NCBI GenBank assembly: GCA_023451825.1 | Contig: JAEXYA010000017.1 | Span: 12,681-76,680, forward strand | From: Pseudomonadota bacterium | Lineage (GTDB): Bacteria > Pseudomonadota > Alphaproteobacteria > Rhizobiales > Xanthobacteraceae | DNA length: 64,000 bases | Direction of reading: 5' to 3' | Part shown: positions 63,106 to 64,000 of the stretch, one piece after another | Layout: the number at the start of each line of letters is the position of its first letter | Position numbering within the stretch: the stretch's first letter is position 1 | Translations under genes and position numbers: made by a program | Notes under the pieces: generated by a model | The model's input: the letters and a program-made list of their open reading frames with translations, nothing else | Told to the model about the DNA's origin: nothing | Database searches by the model: none

Positions 63106-64000
63106 TCACCACCGATACCGCAGCCCCGCCAGCACCGTGCGACGGTTGGCGTATTGGCAATAGAAACCCGACGAGCAGCTCGAATAGTATTCCTTGTCGA
63201 ACAGGTTGTTGACGTTGAGCGTCAATGCCGCACCGTTGAGGCTGCGCGTGAGATTGCCAAGTTCGTATTTCAGCGCCAGATCCGCCACCGTATAGGCCGC
63301 AGTCTGCAGCGTGTTGTAATCGTCGCCGAAGGTGGAGCCGACATGGCGGACGCCGGCGCCGATGGTAAAGCCCGTCGCCGGACCGGTTCGGAAAGTGTAG
63401 TTCGCCCAGGCCGAGCCATAGAAATCCGGCACCGCCTGCGGGCGCATGCCGAGCAGCAGCGCATCGGTGGATTTAGTGACGCGGGTATCGAGGAAGGTCA
63501 GTGCGCCGACCAGTTCGAGACTGTCGGTGACATTGCCGCGCGCTTCCAGTTCGACGCCGGTGGAACGGACCTCGCCCTGCTGGACGAAGAGACCGGGCGT
63601 GGCCGACGGCGATTGCACATTCTGCTGGCGGATATCGAACACCGCGGCGGTGAGCAGGATCGGCAGGAAGGTCGGCTGATATTTGACGCCGGCTTCGTAC
63701 TGCTCACCCGTCGTCGGCACGAATGGCGTGCCATTGGCGCTGACACCGACCACCGGCTCGAACGAGGTGGCGTAACTCACATAGGGCGCAACGCCATTGT
63801 CGAACTTGTAGAGCAAGCCGGCGCGATACGTGGTCTTGGCATCGGACTGGGTCTGGCGACCTGCGACGGGGTTGAACGCGGTGACGCGGGAATCCGTGGT
63901 CTGATCGGCCCAGTCGTGGCGCACGCCGAGCGTGGCGCGCCAGCCGCCGAGACTGATCTGGTCCTGTGCATAGAGGCCGGCCTGCGACAGGTGCTGGCTG
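63106..64000 (-). CDS. TonB-dependent (siderophore-type) outer-membrane receptor, C-terminal part (gene continues past the 3' edge)
   Basis: The C-terminus ...RRTVLAGLRYRW ends in an aromatic residue, with a beta-barrel alternating pattern. The frame stays open upstream of the track's internal GTG (own translation: ...LYAQDQISLGGWRATLGVRHDW...). Confidence 0.9.
   Translation of the reverse strand, partial: SQHLSQAGLYAQDQISLGGWRATLGVRHDWADQTTDSRVTAFNPVAGRQTQSDAKTTYRAGLLYKFDNGVAPYVSYATSFEPVVGVSANGTPFVPTTGEQYEAGVKYQPTFLPILLTAAVFDIRQQNVQSPSATPGLFVQQGEVRSTGVELEARGNVTDSLELVGALTFLDTRVTKSTDALLLGMRPQAVPDFYGSAWANYTFRTGPATGFTIGAGVRHVGSTFGDDYNTLQTAAYTVADLALKYELGNLTRSLNGAALTLNVNNLFDKEYYSSCSSGFYCQYANRRTVLAGLRYRW

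Overview
This is a 64 kb high-GC chromosomal window that looks like an alphaproteobacterium of the Bradyrhizobiaceae/Nitrobacteraceae type. That guess rests on gene content and on nested-palindrome REP elements of the GTAGGATGGGTTGAGCG...CGCTCAACCCATCCTAC kind. Everything was read by eye from the sequence and ORF track; no searches were run. Most of the window is housekeeping core: partial ABC ATPase, PAS-GGDEF-EAL protein, purE-purK, rpsU, pntAA-pntAB-pntB, pepF, a sigma-54 response regulator, an LdtD-like L,D-transpeptidase with a MepK-like DUF882 peptidase, GapR/DUF1244/DUF1036/pyk, osmC, an MscS-family channel, rpmJ, a TctC-MaoC-IclR cluster, and a TonB receptor with a PepSY operon. About 27.5-48.6 kb looks accessory. 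It holds a TehA-like transporter with an isochorismatase-like hydrolase, then a block of aldehyde/electrophile-type enzymes (alpha/beta hydrolase, GlcG, Zn-ADH, DJ-1/PfpI, ABM, ALDH). That block ends in a periplasmic IorAB-type molybdoenzyme with an unusual diheme c-type protein. The most interesting locus is next: three large, mutually divergent paralogs (958, 936 and 952 aa), each an OmpR-type winged helix plus NB-ARC/STAND P-loop NTPase plus a long helical TPR-like sensor. They are arranged -,+,- and an AraC regulator is apparently co-transcribed with the third. Two toxin-antitoxin loci are present: an intact Doc/AbrB-type pair inserted between the pnt operon and pepF, and a higBA pair whose higB carries an in-frame amber stop (missing from the ORF track). 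A third TA-like pair is an XRE regulator overlapping an unknown 142-aa ORF by 4 nt. I saw no rRNA, tRNA, CRISPR array, transposase or integrase. Many long ORFs in the track are antisense or out-of-frame shadows typical of high-GC DNA and were rejected.
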